Shown here: piece after piece, positions 62,079 through 64,000 of the stretch
Numbering within the stretch: the first letter of the stretch is position 1
How the letters are laid out: each line of letters opens with the position of its first letter
Assembly: GCA_046563655.1 (NCBI GenBank)
Contig: CM102283.1
Location: 8,060,001-8,124,000, forward strand
Length of the DNA: 64,000 nucleotides
Reading direction: 5' to 3'
Source of the DNA: Yuukianura sp. NJ FZ-2021
Taxonomy: Eukaryota
The notes under the pieces: model-generated
What the model was told of the DNA's origin: nothing
The model's database searches: none
The model's input: the letters and a program-made list of their open reading frames with translations, nothing else
Made by a program: the position numbers and the translations under genes

Positions 62079-64000
62079 TTTTCAAAAACGTGCCAATAAC
62101 AAAAAAATTGTTTTTCAAGAAATTTCGGCAATCATTTACGTGTGCCAAAAACTGTGATGACGTTAAAACTGTTTACACAAATTGTGTTTTTCATGCCGAA
62201 TTTGAAAAATTTCTAACTAGCTTTAACTCTGACTTATGCAGAACTTTGAAATTTTGAATACGACCAAAATTAATTATTGAAAATGTTTCAAAATTTCGAA
62301 ATTTTGAGTCTACCGTATTCCAAAGTGGTTTTATGAAACTCTCCGTTGGGTGTAATAATGAAACTGCTTCTTCTCCTGTTGCAAATTACAGATTTTTTAC
62401 TACTTCTTCCACTGACACTTCCAGTAACAATTGACATCAAATGCAGACATTCCCTCAGCGTCGACGTCAAATCGGTTTTCATTTCAATTAAGCACCACAA
62501 TTTTTTTCACAATTTTTCAACAATTTTTTAAGTTTTCTTTGAAATTCTGGCAAAACAAAATGTTTCAACCTAAAAATTTAACCTGTAGAAAAACTCCTCC
62601 GTTCTGCTCGTTCTTTCACTTTAAACTGCAATATTTTGTTTTACTGGAAGTCAAGAGTGCGATGAGCTTCTTTTTTATTTTGGGAAGAAAGACGAAGTTT
62701 GCAAAGAAACGTATTCCGTGATACGAAAAAGTTAATTTTGGCACCCGGATGTCAATAAGCAACTATAGAAGCATATATTGAAGAGATACAACTAAAACAC
62801 AAGCCAAAATTCATATTTCATCATCATCTGCTCTTTTCCACGAGTTGTTCAAAACAAAAAATCATACGCTGTTCAGAACAACACTTTAGAACAGCATACT
62901 CCCCAGCATTCATACGAAAACTACCTACGCAAATTCTCACAGAAACTCATGACATAGCCATCAACACTCCAGCGAGTCGTCGTTGCATTCATGTTTTAAA
63001 TATTTTTTTTAGAAAATCAAAGTACACAAAAGTGTAGTCGACTTTTTAGCCAAATTCGATCTATTCCTCTATTACAAATAAAAATTTTGAGCGTAATTTC
63101 AGAAGTATTCTGAGTAATTTACACGTGTCTGAGTTTCTCAAGGCGTCAATTGTGTTAGACTACAATGGATTTCAAACTGGAGTAAGTTGTTGATTTGGCT
63201 GATTTTGCATTTCAATTTTGAATTGAGTTTTAATTAAGTTTAGTGCTCTATTAATTCTGTTTTCAAAACTCGATTTTAATTATTGGCGCGTGTTACTGTT
63301 TGACTCGCCAAATTTTTGTTAAACCTTCATCCCTTGTAGGTAGACGAGCTAATACGGGAAAATGGTACAGACTGGTTGTTACAGTTCTAAAAAAAATTTG
63401 CAATTCTAAGAAAAAAATTTACAAAATTCCGAAAATTACTTGCACGAGCTTCTACGTAGTGATTTTGATCTTTCAAGACATTTCACATGGTTAGATTTTA
63501 ACTTTTAACGGGTTAGACAACATAAGGAATTGAAAAGCCTTTGATTATTGTCTTCTTTTGTTTAATTTTTTTTTCTGGAAAAAATTCTGAACTGGATTTT
63601 CATGAGAACCAGTCATTGGGTTTGGCCCACAAATTATTTTTGTTTTTGAAAACGTCATTTATACAAGAAAGAAGAAACTTTTCGTCACGTCAGTTTAGGA
63701 AAATCTATGTTAATCAAAAAAAATTCAGTGCTAAATTCCATTACAACAAAGGGCGTAGGTGCACCTTCTCTTTCCTTTGAGTGTGTAATAATATTTGACC
63801 TTGGAAAAAAATTGCAAAAGATGAAACTTGCTCAATTCCCAAGTACAAACTTCCTCACAATTTTCCCAATATTACTTTGAAACAGGTTTTCCAATTTGAC
63901 TGGTCCAAAACAATAGAAATTCCTAAAAGTCTCGTCTGATATCACATTTTTAACTCCTGTTACTTTCATTTTTTACATTAAATATTTATATAAAAAATTA

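Noticed and set aside
62288-64000. Short ORFs and donor-like sites upstream of the RING gene
   Set aside because: Could not be joined in frame to the RING CDS and have no recognisable product; probably 5' UTR, intron or intergenic sequence.

Overview
Gene-dense, AT-rich eukaryotic DNA with many 60-100 bp GT-AG introns. The gene content points to a compact-genome arthropod; springtail or mite is plausible, but the species cannot be fixed from the sequence alone. The six-frame ORF track is fragmented by introns, so I rebuilt the gene models by hand from splice sites and frame phase. In order, the window holds: a miniature ATP6AP2/(pro)renin-receptor-like gene, a Pro/Ala/Gln-rich cuticle-type protein, a TPD52-family gene with candidate alternative exons, mRpL53, an intronless Atg13, a small transmembrane ORF, eyes shut (eys), MKRN2OS-like, an LDLa type-I membrane protein, a stand-alone transcobalamin beta-domain (DUF4430-like) protein, a pancreatic-lipase-related gene, a lipid-anchored Gly/Tyr-rich small protein, Skp1, Rop/Munc18, a non-catalytic neuroligin-like esterase, an acidic orphan, an MFSD4-like transporter and a membrane RING-H2 E3 ligase. 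Three features stand out. (1) A compound mRpL53/Atg13/smORF unit: Atg13 is nested on the same strand inside the mRpL53 intron and the smORF appears to ride on the mRpL53 transcript. (2) An ATP6AP2-like gene lacking almost the whole ectodomain. (3) A beta-domain-only putative cobalamin binder with a duplicated GATA/TATA promoter and an intronic DR1 element. No rRNA, tRNA, CRISPR array or autonomous transposon was seen. All family assignments rest on motif recognition, not on database searches.
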